NCBI GenBank assembly: GCA_951406725.2
Contig: OX597821.1
Span: 82,026,001-82,090,000, forward strand
Reading direction: 5' to 3'
Length of the DNA stretch: 64,000 nucleotides
Source of the DNA: Octopus vulgaris
Lineage: Eukaryota
Positions 26,690 through 40,175 of this stretch are shown piece by piece. The notes below the pieces were generated by a model, which saw only the letters and a list, made by a program, of their open reading frames with translations, had not been told where the DNA came from and did no database searches. Position numbers and translations under genes: made by a program. Within the stretch, counting starts at the first letter, position 1, and each line of letters opens with the position of its first letter.

Positions 26690-27225
26690 AATTAGATCAT
26701 CAGCATTTAAGAGTTCTTATTAGCAGCTAATCTTAAACTCCCTTGTGAAAGCCCGTAGAACTATGATGGAGAGGAGAGGATTGAACCTTGATAGACTCTT
26801 ATGTTCATGTTAAATTTGTCACTGAAATCATTGTTGACTCTTACTTTACTCATAGCAACTTTGTACATGGCTTGAACACACCTTAGAAGTCATTCATCAA
26901 TACCTAGTTTCCCTAGTAACCACCAAATTACCGAACATGGTATCCTGTCAAATGTCTCATCCAAGTGAACAAATGCAAGGTCTCTTAACCAAGTATTTCC
27001 TCTGCAGTTACCTTACAAGGAAAATTGTGTCCACAGTATCTTTTCTAGATACAAACCCAAAGTGCCTCTCCTCTTGGTCCACTCTGTCATGGATCCATTC
27101 TGCTATGACTCTCTCTGTAACCCTCAGAACCTGCTCCAGTTGTGTGAGTCCTCTCCAGAAAAAAAACAACTTTTCTCTAAAGGCATCTCCTTTGCCTTTG
27201 TAACAGTTTAAGATGATACTACTGT
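26690..27225 (-). pseudogene. RTE LINE reverse transcriptase fragment
   Basis: IILNCYKGKGDA...RHFGFVSRKDTVDTIFLVR matches RTE RT N-terminal motifs (KGKGD, QFGF, TxDAIF). Confidence 0.8.
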
Positions 27226-27292
<67 letters not shown>

Positions 27293-27297
27293 TATAC

Positions 27298-27529
27298 ACT
27301 CTTTCTCACTTTTTTACTCTCTTTTACTTGTTTCAGTCATTTGACTGTGGCCATACTGGAGCACCGCCTTTAGTTGAGCAAATCGATCCTAGGACTTATT
27401 CGTTGTAAACCTAATACTGACTCTATTGGTGTCTTTTGCTGAACCGCAAAGTTATGGAGGCATAAACACATCACCATTGGTTGTCAAGCAATGCTGGGGG
27501 GACAAACACAGACACACAAACATATACAG

Positions 27530-27582
<53 letters not shown>

Positions 27583-27992
27583 CGACAGGCTTCTTTCAGT
27601 TTCTGTCTACCAAATCCACTCATAAGGCTTTGGTCGGCCTGAGGCTATAGTGGAAGACACTTGCCCAAGGTGTCACACAGTGGGAATGAACCTGGAGTCA
27701 TGTGGTTGGTAACGAACCACAAAGTTACAGAGGCATAAACACATCACCATTGGTTGTCAAGCAATGCAGTGGGGACAAATACAGACACACAAACATATAC
27801 ACACACACATATATATATACATATATATATGACAAGCTTCTTTCAGTTTCCGTCTACCAAATCCACTCACAAGGCATTGGTCGGCCCGGGGCTATAGTAG
27901 AAGACACTTGCCCAAGATGCCATGCAGTGGGAATGAACCTGGAACCATGTGGTTGGTAAGCAAGCTACTTACCACACAGCCACTCCTGCGCC
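27298..27992 (-). mobile_element. SINE family A with an internal tandem duplication of about 270 bp
   Basis: GAACC(G/A)CAAAGTTA...GTGGTTGGTAA occurs twice in tandem. Confidence 0.8.
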
Positions 27993-28931
27993 TATCTATC
28001 CAAGTATACACATGTAAATCTATATGGTTATGAATGCATATGTTATTTTTACCTAGATTTTGGCATGTTGGCCTTGACGATGATTTAGTCATTTATTTTT
28101 CACACCTGGATGTCATCAGGACCGTTAACTACTCAACAATGAAATATGAGTAAATACCTTCAGTTATTCCTTTGTTTCTCTCCTCATTCAAGCATACTTT
28201 ATCAATCAGATGCTGAGAACCATAACAGTGCAAGAAATACACGCTATGTACTTAGGAGTATGTAGTTAGTATTTCAGCTCCTTAACACTTGTTTCAGTCC
28301 CTAGATTGTGGCCATGCTGGGGCACTATCTACCAAGAGATATTAGATGAATGAATCAACGCCAAGACTTAATTTCATTTTTTTAAACCCTCTACTTATTC
28401 ATTCAGTCTCTTTCTCCAAACTGCTAAGTTGCAGGGATGTAAACAGCACTAGTTGTAAAGCAGTGATGGGGGATGGGGGGAACACAGACACAAAGATACA
28501 CACACACACACACACCTACACATGTATATGTAAATATATTCATATATACAACAAGCTCCCTTCAGTTTCCAGCTACTATATCTGCCCACAAGGTTTTGGT
28601 TGATGCAAGGCAATAGTAAAAGGCACTTGCCCAAGGTGCCATGCAGTGGGACTGAACCTGGAGCCATGTAGTTGGGAAGCAAATTTCTTACTACACACAC
28701 ACACGCACATGTGTGTGCGTGTGTGTGTGTGCAGATGTGGCTCTTACGTATGTTTGTAAGGTGCAGGTGTGGCAGTGTGGTAAGAAATTTGCTTCCTAAC
28801 CACAAGGCTTCAGGTTTGGTTCTATAGTGTGGCATCTTGAGCAAGTATCTTCTACCATGTCCTTGGACCAACCAATGACTTGTGAGTTTGTGAGTGGATT
28901 TGATAGACAGAAATTGGAAAAGAGTGCATCA

Positions 28932-29019
<88 letters not shown>

Positions 29020-29222
29020 GCTTGGATCTGTAGTCTTTGAATTAGCTTTCTCCTTTCTGGTTTTGAGAAGCCTAATTTCTCAAGAATAGCACTTAGGCAG
29101 TGTGTTACATATCCCAGTACCCAATAATTACTGGTATAAACCTATACTTGTAATCTGGATAGAGTAGCTGTAGATTCCTCATGTATGTATGTATGTATTT
29201 ATGTATGTTCATATGTATGTGT

Positions 29223-29557
29223 GAAGGCACATGGCTCAGTGGTTAGAGCATTGAGCTTACGATCGCGAGGCTGTGAGTTTGAATCCTGGACTGGCCTGTG
29301 TGTTGTGTTCTTGAGCAAGATACTTTATTTCATGTTGCTCCAGTTCCCTCGGCTGTAGAAATGAGTTGCAATGTCACGGGTGCCAAGCTGTATCGGCCTT
29401 TGACATTCCCTTGGATAACACTGGTGGCATGGAGAGGAGAGGTTCGTATGCATGGGTGACTGCTGGTCTTCCATAAAAACAAACTTGCCCGGACTTGTGC
29501 CTTGGAGGGTAACTTTCTAGGTGCAATCCCATGGTCATTCATGACCGAAGGGGGTCT
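29223..29557 (+). mobile_element. SINE family D
   Basis: tRNA-like head GGCACATGGCTCAGTGGTTAGAGC...GAGTTTGAATCC. Confidence 0.85.
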
Positions 29558-29937
29558 CAGTATATACGTATGTATGTATATATGTAATTTATGTATGTAT
29601 GTATATGATTTATGTATGTATGTATGTAGGTAGGTATATGTTCATGTGTGTGTGTTTTACTGTCTCCTTGCCGTGATTTCACATGATAGTTGAAAACAAG
29701 TGTCACCAGCATGCATTCGGTGTCTTTTCCAATCTTCTGTGAAAACATGTCTGGTCATGCAAGAAATATTACCTTACTTAGAAGCAGGTGAGGGTTGGTG
29801 ACAGGAAGGGCATCCAACTATAGAAAGACCTCCTCCCTATACACCTCAAGAAACTCCGTCTGACACATGCAAGCATCATAAATGAGAATGTTACAATGCT
29901 GATGATGATGACATATATATATATATATATATATATA

Positions 29938-30256
29938 CGTAAAAAGCACTATCCGACTCGTGGCCGATGCCAGCGCCGCCTCGACTGGCTTCCGTGCCAG
30001 TGGCACATAAAATACACCAATCCGATCGTGGCCATTGCCAGCCTCGCCTGGCACCTGTGCAGGTGGCACGTAAAAAGCACCCACTACACTCACGGAGTGG
30101 TTGGCGTTAGGAAGGGCATCCAGCTGTAGAAACATTGCCAGATAAGACTGGAGCCTGGTGCAGCCTTCTGGCTTCCCAGATCCCCGGTCGAACCGTCCAA
30201 CCCATGCTAGCATGGAGAACGGACGTTAAACGATGATGATGATGATGATGATGATA
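29938..30256 (+). mobile_element. Family C repeat, young and CpG-rich
   Basis: Colinear with 32427-32698 and 17822-18031. Confidence 0.85.
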
Positions 30257-30863
30257 TATATACATATATATATATATATATATGCATTTCTGATATAGCT
30301 CTCACCTGCAGACAATCAAGTGATACAAAATACGGATAAACCACAGGATATAATTACAAGCAACACAAACCATATTACATACAACACATAAACACATACA
30401 ATATACACCAGTTATATCTTTACAGCACAAGCAATACAAAACACAGCATATATATGAGTATTTATATACACATGCACATGTGTGTATTTATATGTATATA
30501 TAATATATATAACATATGTGTGTGTAGATATATGTGTATATAAATATTTAACAGCATACGCTATCAGACAGAATGGAAAACGAAAGAAGATAAACTAATT
30601 AAATATGTCTGATGACCTTTCTAATGCCATCGTTCAAAGAACAGACAATGCTATATCGGAATATCTGCTAGACCTACAGATGAGTCAGGCGTCTATTTTG
30701 GATATGTCTGTTCTTTTAGCAGAAGCTGAAACATTTCTAATCAATGCTAGTCTGATTGCTTCCATTCCAATTCCACTCCACTTACCTGAATTTGGTTGAT
30801 AGTATTCCGTGTTAATATTTATTCCATCCAAAAACGCTTAGTAAATACTTCGAATGAACTTGT

Positions 30864-30864
<1 letters not shown>

Positions 30865-30899
<35 letters not shown>

Positions 30900-30942
30900 A
30901 GATGCATACACACACACACACACACACACAAACACACAGATG

Positions 30943-30993
<51 letters not shown>

Positions 30994-31080
30994 AGATGCA
31001 TACACACACACACACAAACATACAGATGCATACACACACACACACACAAACACATACACATAGATGCATACACATCTACA
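30865..31080. repeat. Higher-order compound microsatellite [(CA)n-AACACACAGATGCATA] x5
   Basis: Direct inspection. Confidence 0.8.
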
Positions 31081-31664
31081 CAACTACTTACATACATATA
31101 TAATATAATTATATAGAGAGAGACACACACATACACATATACACACACATGTACACACACATGCACACACACATGCATGCACACACACAAATACTAAATA
31201 TTTGCATACACAAACACACGCAGACACACGTACACATGCTCACACACATACATAAAACAAATGCAATAATACATACACCACTCACTCTTCCATTCTCTTC
31301 TGCGGCTGTGGAGGCTTCTTAGCCTTGCTAAGAGCATGACAGCCAATGCACTGCTGCCAGTGTATTGGCTGTCATGCTCTGTTGACCCTGTCAGGTGTTT
31401 GATGCTAGGAAGGGTGTCAAAGCATAGAAACTATGCCAAAGCAGATGTCTGAGCAAAGCCTGATCCACCAACCTGTCAAATTCTGTGGAACTGCCCTGTC
31501 CATGCCAACATGGAAAGTAGATGTATAATGATGATGATGATGATGATGTTCATAATACGTGAATGGCAACATGCAGAGCATCTGACCATAGAAACTGTGC
31601 CAAACCTGACATCGGGGCCTGAGTCAGCTATGTGGCTTGTCAGAGCCTGTCAACGATGATGATA

Positions 31665-31888
31665 TACATGAAGGGGTGATGCAAAGTTCTTTGTTTTAAG
31701 GGCATCGTGAAAGACCTGGTTGAAGTTCCAACTGTCCAAGTTATTTACAAGCCTAAGAAAAAACTGAAGGACTGCTGCAATAAGTGAGTGAATCTGAGAG
31801 GGGAATATTTTGTATAAACTCATAATTAACGGATCCTCCTGTATTTTCTTTTACCCAAAGCCAGGAACTTTTCAGTACCCTCATCGTA
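31665..31888. mobile_element. Mariner-type MITE
   Basis: Imperfect TIRs TAC..GGGGTGATGCAAAGTTC / GAACTTTTCAGTACCCTCATCGTA with TA ends. Confidence 0.55.
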
Positions 31889-31933
31889 TGTACATACTTG
31901 TACATATGTGTGTGTGTGTATGCACATACACAC

Positions 31934-31978
<45 letters not shown>

Positions 31979-32356
31979 GATGCACAGGCATGACTCTGTA
32001 GTAAGAAGCTTGCTCCCTAAGCACATGATTCAGGATTCAATTCCACCGTGTGGAACTTTGGGCAAGTGTTTTTGCTGTAGCCTTGGGCCAACCAAAGCCT
32101 TGTGAGTGGATTTGGAAACTGAAGGAAGCCTATCATATATATATGTATATTTATGTCTGTGTGTGTCTTTGTATCTGTCTTTATCCCCCACCATTGCTTA
32201 ACAACTGGTGATGGTGTGTTTATGTCCTCATAACTTAGAAGTTCAGCAAGAGTCCAATAGAATAAGTGCCAGACTTTTAAAAAAGAAGTACTGGGGTCAA
32301 TACATTCAACTAAAAATTGTTCAAAGCAGTGCCCCAGCATAGCCACAGTCTAGGTA

Positions 32357-32409
<53 letters not shown>

Positions 32410-32426
32410 GTAAAGATATATATATA

Positions 32427-32698
32427 TCGACTGGCTTCTGTGCCGGTGGCACATAAAAAGCACCATCCGAACGTGGCCAATGCCAGACACCCCTGGCACC
32501 TGTGCAGGTGGCACGTAAAAAACACCCACTACACTTGCGAAGTGGTTGGCATTAGGAAGGGCATCCAGCTGTAGAAACACTGCCAGATCAGACTGGAGCC
32601 TGGTGCAGCCCTGGCTTCCCAGACCCCGGTTGAACCGTCCAACCCGTGCTAGCGTGGAAAACGGACGTTAAACGATGATGATGATGATGATGATGATA
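32427..32698 (+). mobile_element. Family C repeat
   Basis: (GAT)n tail; colinear with other copies. Confidence 0.85.
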
Positions 32699-32706
32699 TG
32701 TAGTGT

Positions 32707-32850
32707 TGCAGGAGTGGCTGTGTGGTAAGTAGCTTGCTTACCAACCACATGGTTCCGGGTTCAGTCCCACTGTATTGCACCTTGGGCAAGTGTCTTCTAC
32801 TATAGCCTACTATAATGGATTTGGTAGACGGAAACTGAAAGGAACCCATC

Positions 32851-32896
<46 letters not shown>

Positions 32897-33058
32897 ATGT
32901 ATATGTTTGTATGTCTCTGTTTGTTCCCCGAACATCGCTGGTGTGTTTACGTCCCCGTAACTTAGTGGTTCAACAAAAGAGACCGATAGAATAAGTACTA
33001 GGCTTACAAAGAATAAGCTGCAGTCAAATGACTAAAACAAGTAAAAGAGAGTAAAGAG
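32707..33058 (+). mobile_element. SINE family A with internal deletions
   Basis: Head GCAGGAGTGGCTGTGTGG...GGTTCAGTCCC. Confidence 0.8.
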
Positions 33059-33070
33059 AAAGTGTATATG

Positions 33071-33102
<32 letters not shown>

Positions 33103-33294
33103 TGGGAGTACACACTCCACACATCTTCTTATATAGAAGTACATATACACACGAACATATAACTACATACATAGATATCTACACATCTACATACACTTGT
33201 GTATATGTATGTGTGTACGTGTACACATGTCCTAACCTATACCTTCAAATACATCTCTACTTCCATGTATTCAAGCACACACATATGTACGTAC

Positions 33295-33360
<66 letters not shown>

Positions 33361-33629
33361 ATAAAACGGTAAGATAACAAAAGAAAGAAAGAGACCTCAA
33401 TATTATGTAAATAGAGGAAATTTATCTATACAATAATATGTTACATTACTCAATAGTCAAGATAATATATATATATATTATATGTATATATATATATGCA
33501 TACATATATATTATATATATATATGCATACATATATAAAAGCATACATATATAGACATATATATATACATACATACATATGCATGATTGCGGAGTTGAAG
33601 CAATGATGAGGATATGTTATTTTTGTATG

Positions 33630-33667
<38 letters not shown>

Positions 33668-34355
33668 CACACATGCGTTCTCTCCTCCTATATACACACA
33701 TACATATGGACACACACACACACACACACACATATACATACACATACACACACAATCAACTACTGGTGTGGTCATTAATTAATTTAATCCCCAATTAATT
33801 AATTTAAATGTATCTTAAATGTCTTAATTAAGGTATTTATTTCACTAATTTATTAAAAAAAGACAAATGACTATTTACCATTGCAAACCACAAAATGTTT
33901 TTGTAATGTGAATCTACAATCAACGTTGTACGGTCAATATTATGATGGATTTCTTTGAAATATCTGAGTTTAAAGACATAACTTTTAAATACTTGATCTT
34001 TGACTGTGGCTCTAGAGATCAGCTGAAGCAGAAATGGCTGGAGCTAACACGATAGGAGTTTTCCAGGCAATTAACCTTCACCTTTATCTTTCTACCTATA
34101 TATTTCTACCTGTCTATTCTACATTAGTGCCTGAGGATGTCTGTCTGTCTGCCACTCTATCTCCCCCCCCACACACACACACATGCATATATATTTGTAA
34201 GTTTGTATCACATATATGATGTAGAGTAATGGACATTGCTATCATTAGCTGGTATATTCATTACTCAGAGTTTAGCATAAAGGTGTTTATATGTGTATAG
34301 GAGTGTGTGTGTGTATGTATCATCATCATTTTAATGGAAAAGTGGATGTTTGATG

Positions 34356-34391
<36 letters not shown>

Positions 34392-34394
34392 CTA

Positions 34395-34980
34395 TATATC
34401 ATAAGTAATGTCCAGACATTTATATTTTCAATTCGTAAATCCTTTTTGGACATATTTAAACTGATTAGATTTCGTTTTGCAGGGTAATCTAACTGAAATT
34501 TCACTAGTTATAGCCCTTCAAACATAGAAGTGTCTAAGGAGCATTTGAGGCACATAATACTTTATGAGTTTAAATAAAGGGAGGTCTGAGTGCCTGAATG
34601 AAAGAACTTGCAGAAGATGGTTTGCAAAATTCAGAAGTGGAGATTTCAGCCTTGAAGATGAGACCCGAACAGGACGTCCACTTGAGTTTGATGATAAGCT
34701 CCTTTTGGCAGAACTTGAAAAAGATCATGCAGTTTCAGTTGAAGATTTGGCAAGCAAACTTTGTTTAAGCCACACAACTATTCACAGCCATCTTCAACAG
34801 CTTGGAAAGGTCTCAAAACTTGGAAAATGGGTGCCTTATGATTTGTCTGAAGCTGCAAAGTCTGAAAAGTCTGCAAAAATTTGAAATTTGTCTGAAGCAG
34901 TGGACATCTGCTCTTCTCTTCATTCTTGTGAACCTATCTCACCCTTTTGGGACAGACTGGTGACTGGTGATGAACAATAG
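34395..34980 (+). mobile_element. Mariner transposase relic, N-terminal half
   Basis: ERTCRRWFAKFRSGDFSLEDETRTGRP, GKWVPYDL (WVPHEL-like) and RLVTGDE; frameshifted. Confidence 0.9.
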
Positions 34981-37039
34981 AACCAGTGTGTGTGTTTATT
35001 ATTGGTATAATAACCCTCCCAAAATACAACAGAAAGAAAGCATATTTTTCATTATAATCATACTTTGATATCTGGTAATCAGGCATTCATGAAACTTAAA
35101 GAAACTTACAGTTTATTCTACACCTTTTGTTATGTTTTTTCTATTTCTTTCATTATAAAGAACATATATCATCCTCATCATATGCTTGCTTTCAATGTAG
35201 ATGTAAGTTGGATAAGGTGTCACAGAGCCATCAGAGTTACCTCCCTCCTGGGACTGATCAGAGTACCGTGTCTCACTCATGTATTCCATTTATGCTATGG
35301 CTTCTATGGCTTCTATGGCCTTTTTAAATATCAACTATTTTACAGAATGCAACAAATGTCTTTTACTATAGTTCCAGCACTGGAGGAGACATTGTAATGT
35401 TGAGAGTCCTCTCTGCTTGTATGATGACTCGGTTCTTTCAAGGCAAACATGATAGATGAGATGAATCGAAGAAGGAATAATGACTAAGGGAATGAGAAAA
35501 GAAGGAGTATGAGTGTGACAGGGGAAAATAGAGTGCAAGGAGCGAGATGTTAGAAAGGGTAAGAGTAATAGCAGAGAGAGAGAGAGAGAGAGAGAGAGTG
35601 AAAGGGATAGTTAACTATTTAAGCATATGATTGCTAACAGTATGAAGCAGTGTGATAGGATAGCAATAAAGCCGAGTGATAGTATGACAGAGGGCAAGTG
35701 ATGGATAGCATGAGATGGCCAATGGTGAAAGCAGTTGAAGCTAGTAAAGACCCACATAAGGGAAGTCCAGTGGTAATGACTGTCCTCTTTTTTTCTTCAG
35801 GCAAAATATATTACCAACTGCATTCTTCAATGTATCTTTTCTTTATTAATGTGATGTGATTTGAGAAAGATTTGGCCAATATTTCTATCTGGTCGAGTTA
35901 ACATGTTTGAAGGTCTTTCATTAGTAGTGACTAGAAAAATGTGATAGAGTAGATGTGATCTTGACGATGATGGTGATGTCTATGCTACTGGTGGGGTAAC
36001 TGCCCCCATTATTGTCACCACCACCACCACCACCACCACCATCGTTATGTCTGCCTCAGAATATCTCTCTCTCTCTCTACTCTTCACTGTACACCCAATC
36101 ATTTGTAAAATCTAGATCTGTCTTTTATGAAGATTTCTATTAGAACTAAAAAAAAAAAAAAGTCAGTTTCATATTTTGCACCTTTATTTATTTTTTTACC
36201 CAATTCTTTCATAGCTTAGTCAGAGGAAGAAGTGCAGCATTCGTGATATTTAGAAGGAGTCTGAGACTGGGGTAAGGTGGGGGTGGAGCTGGGCGTTGAG
36301 AAGGAAAGAAGAAACTATGACTTGTGAGCTGCAATAATATGAAGCAACACGAGATTCTGAATTGTCTTAGATTGAAGAACTGATCCTAAGGAATGTGACA
36401 GAAAAGCTACTAAAGGACCCCAAAAGAATCAGCTGCTGCCCTTCAGATTAAGTCTACCACCATTAATACACCTCTTGCATATAGAGGTGCAGGCATGGTT
36501 GTGTGGTTAAGAAGCTTGCTTTCAAGTCATGTGGTTTTGGGTTCAGCCCCACTGTATGGTACTTTGGGCAAGTGTCTTCTAGTATAGCCCTGAGTTGACT
36601 TATGATCTGTGAATGGATTTGGTAAGTGGAAGCTGTGCGGAAGCCTGTCATACACACATGCATGAGTGTGTGTGTGTATGTGTGTGTGTTTCTTTGTGTT
36701 TGCCACTCCTCCACTGCTTGACAACCAGTGTTGGTTTATTTATATCCTCATAACTTAGTAGTTCAGCCGAAAAGACTGGTAGAATAAAAAATTAAGTACT
36801 GGGGTTGATTTGTTTGACTTTTCAAAGTGGTGCCCAGGCATGGCCACAGTCTAATGACTAAAAGAAGTACAAGATAACATTTGATCTTTATACACCCAAT
36901 CATCTTTAACATAAACTATTCAAAGAGACAAGGAATCCTCTATATGATCATTTGACCTGCTAGAAAGAGAAACCAAATTTCCTTTGAATCATACCCTATC
37001 ATCTTTAAAAAGATGGATAATGTAGTCCTTGATGCACTA

Positions 37040-37770
37040 TAATTTATAAAAAGTACCCAGTGTAAGCTATGGACACATAAAAGGTGCAGCAATATCAAAG
37101 GAAGGTTAACCGGGAAGATAGTTTTTGTGTGTGACAGATGCACAGGGGCAATAATATACTGAAGATGTATAGAAAACAGATTCCATTACATGCTGGGCGA
37201 AAAAACTAGAAGTAGTTGATAGCTTCCGCTACCTAGGTGACCATGTAGTGGGGATGGTTTCTCTGAGTGTGTAGCGACTAGAATAAGAATAGCCTGGGCG
37301 AAGTTCAGAGAGCTCCTACCTCTGCTGGCAACTAAGGGCCTCTCACCCATGATGAAAGGTAGACTGTATGATGCATGTGTGTGAACTGCCATGCTACACA
37401 GCAGTGAAACATGGGCCATGGCTGCAGAGAACATGCATAGGCTTGAAAGAAATGAAGCTTGTATGATCCGCTGGATGTGTCAGTGTGCATATATGACAGA
37501 GTGTGAGCACCATCGAGAGAAAAGTTGGACATAAGAAGCATTAAATGCAGTGTGCAAGAGAGACGACTGCACTGGTATGGACAAGGATAGCCATGTGAGG
37601 AAGTGTCACACTCTAACTGTGGAAGGAACCTGTGGAAGAAGCAGACCCAGGAAGACATGGGATGAGGTGGTGAAGGATGACCTTTGAACATGGGGCCTCA
37701 CAGAAGCAATGACAGGAGACTGAGACCTTTGGAGATATGCTGTGATTGAGAAGACTCAACAACTAAAGTG
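37040..37770 (+). pseudogene. RTE LINE 3' end
   Basis: LEVVDSFRYLGD...RIRIAWAKFRELLPLL...KGRLYDACV*TAMLHSSETW...MIRWMC; stops and frameshifts present. Confidence 0.85.
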
Positions 37771-39331
37771 AGATCACAGCCATGGCCGATGCCAGTGTTA
37801 CATATCCAGCCCATTTTAGTCAATATTGACCATGCATCTGTATATGTATGTGTAGGTTAGGACAAGATTTTTTGAGGAAGACTGGCAGTTGTCCATATAT
37901 GCAAGTCTCTCCTTTACATACCACCAATGTTTATCAAGAGAAAGGCCACTGACTTTGGCCAAAACAGCTTGATATCAGTATCATCTAGGCATTGTTGTCA
38001 GAGAGCAAAATGCCAGAATGGACACTGCAAAGAATCTTTTCTGTGGCCTTTTACAGTTCTACCAATCCACAACTCTGGATTGGTCCTTTTTTTATTGACC
38101 TTGAAAGGACGAAAAGCAGATTTGACCTTTGTGGGGTTTGAATTCAGTTTGCAGAGTTTCAGAACAAACCCTGTGAGTTATTCTATCTAATGCTCCAACA
38201 ACTCTGCTAAAATTGCTGCCATTAACTAGTGCTGGTAAATCCAATAAATATACATAACCCACACCATCAAGCTGTTTAAAATGGTGGGTATCATCCATAT
38301 CTGTGTCTTGATGAGACTAGAAAACCTGACACAATAAAATAATTTCCAAAACAGATCTTGAAGAAATACTTTTATTGCAAATATCACAGGGTTAAATCAA
38401 GTATATGTAATAAAGTAAGTGCTAACACATTAGATGTCTGCTACTGGGATTTCTTCTGACAAGTATTATATCCACAATTTCATTAACAATGGATCAGAGA
38501 AACCAATTTCTCCTAAAATAATAAACTATAGTAACTAAATGAATGTTGTATATGTCACTGATGTAGTTTGAGAGACGGACTTGTCTAGCAAGTGATTTGA
38601 TTTGAGACCATGTGTTGAAACTAAAGCAATTACTGTATGGAAGGAAGACACATATTAGCAATCCAATAACACACAACCTGTGAACTTCACTTAAACATTT
38701 ATTATTTGGTGTCAACATTTTCATTGCACCAATTGTAACCTGGTCACCAACACAGTTCCATTACAAGGCTGTTGCTCTGTATATCTAGGCTTCGGGGTCA
38801 TAAATATAATTTTTTTTATTCATGTAGGTCAGTCAGCCCTGAAGCCTAGACAAACTGACCAACAACTTCACCTTAAACCAGTTGCAGTGGAGCCGTAAAA
38901 GTGATCAGGTTGAAGCTGGCACAATGAAAGTTCTGACAGGAAAATAATAAATGTTGAAGTGAAGGTAACAGATTTTGTGTGTTTTGGAATGGTTAATATA
39001 CATCTTCTAGTTGGCAATTGTCATAGATGTAGTGTTGGTCATAAATATGGCATGGCTCATTAATAATCATTAATTTTCCCTTAGTTGCTACGGTTATGGT
39101 TGATTAGCATTATGATAAAGATCATCAATTTTACTTCAGATTTCTGTCATCTTTTCTGTGAGGCTAATTTATTGAGATTTCGTGTCATCACTTCTCCCTT
39201 AGTTTTCCTTTACCATGAACACCTCCCCCTATCAACAAATAACAGAAACCTTTTTTGCGCCCTACATTCATTATCCACTCATACCACATGTCCGTACCAA
39301 CAATCACCTCACTTGCATCAATCAATTAGAT

Positions 39332-39799
39332 CAGTGGGTCTCAGCCATTTTTTACCTATGAACCTCTTTGATTCCTATTTCACTTGGGTAGACCCTTATA
39401 GCATTTCAATGTTTAAAAAAAATCCCTTTATATTTTTAGAATTAAATATTATTAGGAATTGCATAAAAAAATCATTAAGATATTTAGTGTATTGGCAAGC
39501 TGGCAGAAATGTTAGCACACCGGGCGAAATGCTTATCGGTATTTCCTCTGCCGCTACGTTCTGAGTTTAAATTCCACCGAGGTTGACTTTGCCTTTCATC
39601 TTTTTGAGGTCGATTAAATAAGTACCAGTTATGCACTGGGGTCGATATAATCGACTTAATTCATTTGTCTGTCCTTGTTTGTCCCCTCTGTGTGTAGCCC
39701 CTTGTGGGCAGTAAAGAAATAAGAAGTATAACCAATTTATTGCACAAGAATTTTAACAAACAAAATCTTTTGTGGATCCATAAAGGTTGAGAACCATTG
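39332..39799. mobile_element. hAT MITE with a nested family B SINE (39493-39724)
   Basis: TIRs CAGTGGGTCTCAGCC / GGTTGAGAACCATTG; perfect 8-bp TSD AATTAGAT on both sides. Confidence 0.85.
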
Positions 39800-39893
39800 A
39801 ATTAGATTGAGAAGGTTAGTATTTCTAGCTTTTGACTTTATTGATGAGAAAGTTTTCATTCTTTAATTTTTCTCAATAAAGAAACACACACAC

Positions 39894-39970
<77 letters not shown>

Positions 39971-40114
39971 ACATATATATATATATAAAATTGTACAATG
40001 AAGGTTTCTTGTGTGAATGGGAGTAAATCCAACCTTAATGATTGTTCAGGAAATTTTGAGTCATTGCAAATAAATTTCTGTGTTGATATGAAGAGAAAAG
40101 TTTTATAATCTTAC

Positions 40115-40175
40115 CCTGATACTTGAATAACATGTGTACTTACCTGAAATAGATAAAAGAAAACATTAATTAATA
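40115..40175 (-). promoter_or_regulatory. Candidate recursive splice site (3'ss abutting 5'ss) at 40144|40143, with a 29-nt RS-exon
   Basis: Minus strand TTTTCTTTTATCTATTTCAG|GTAAGT; second donor AGG|GTAAGA 29 nt downstream. Confidence 0.4.

Noticed and set aside
29223-29300. tRNA genes at SINE heads
   Set aside because: A and B boxes are present, but the acceptor stem is not closed and the sequence runs on into SINE bodies.
29445-29557. HDV-like ribozyme in the SINE D tail (GGTCA-TTCA-TGACC-GAA)
   Set aside because: I could not build P3/L3 and P1.1 with correct lengths.
34564-34884. Functional or domesticated transposase gene
   Set aside because: Frameshifted, and truncated just after the first catalytic Asp.
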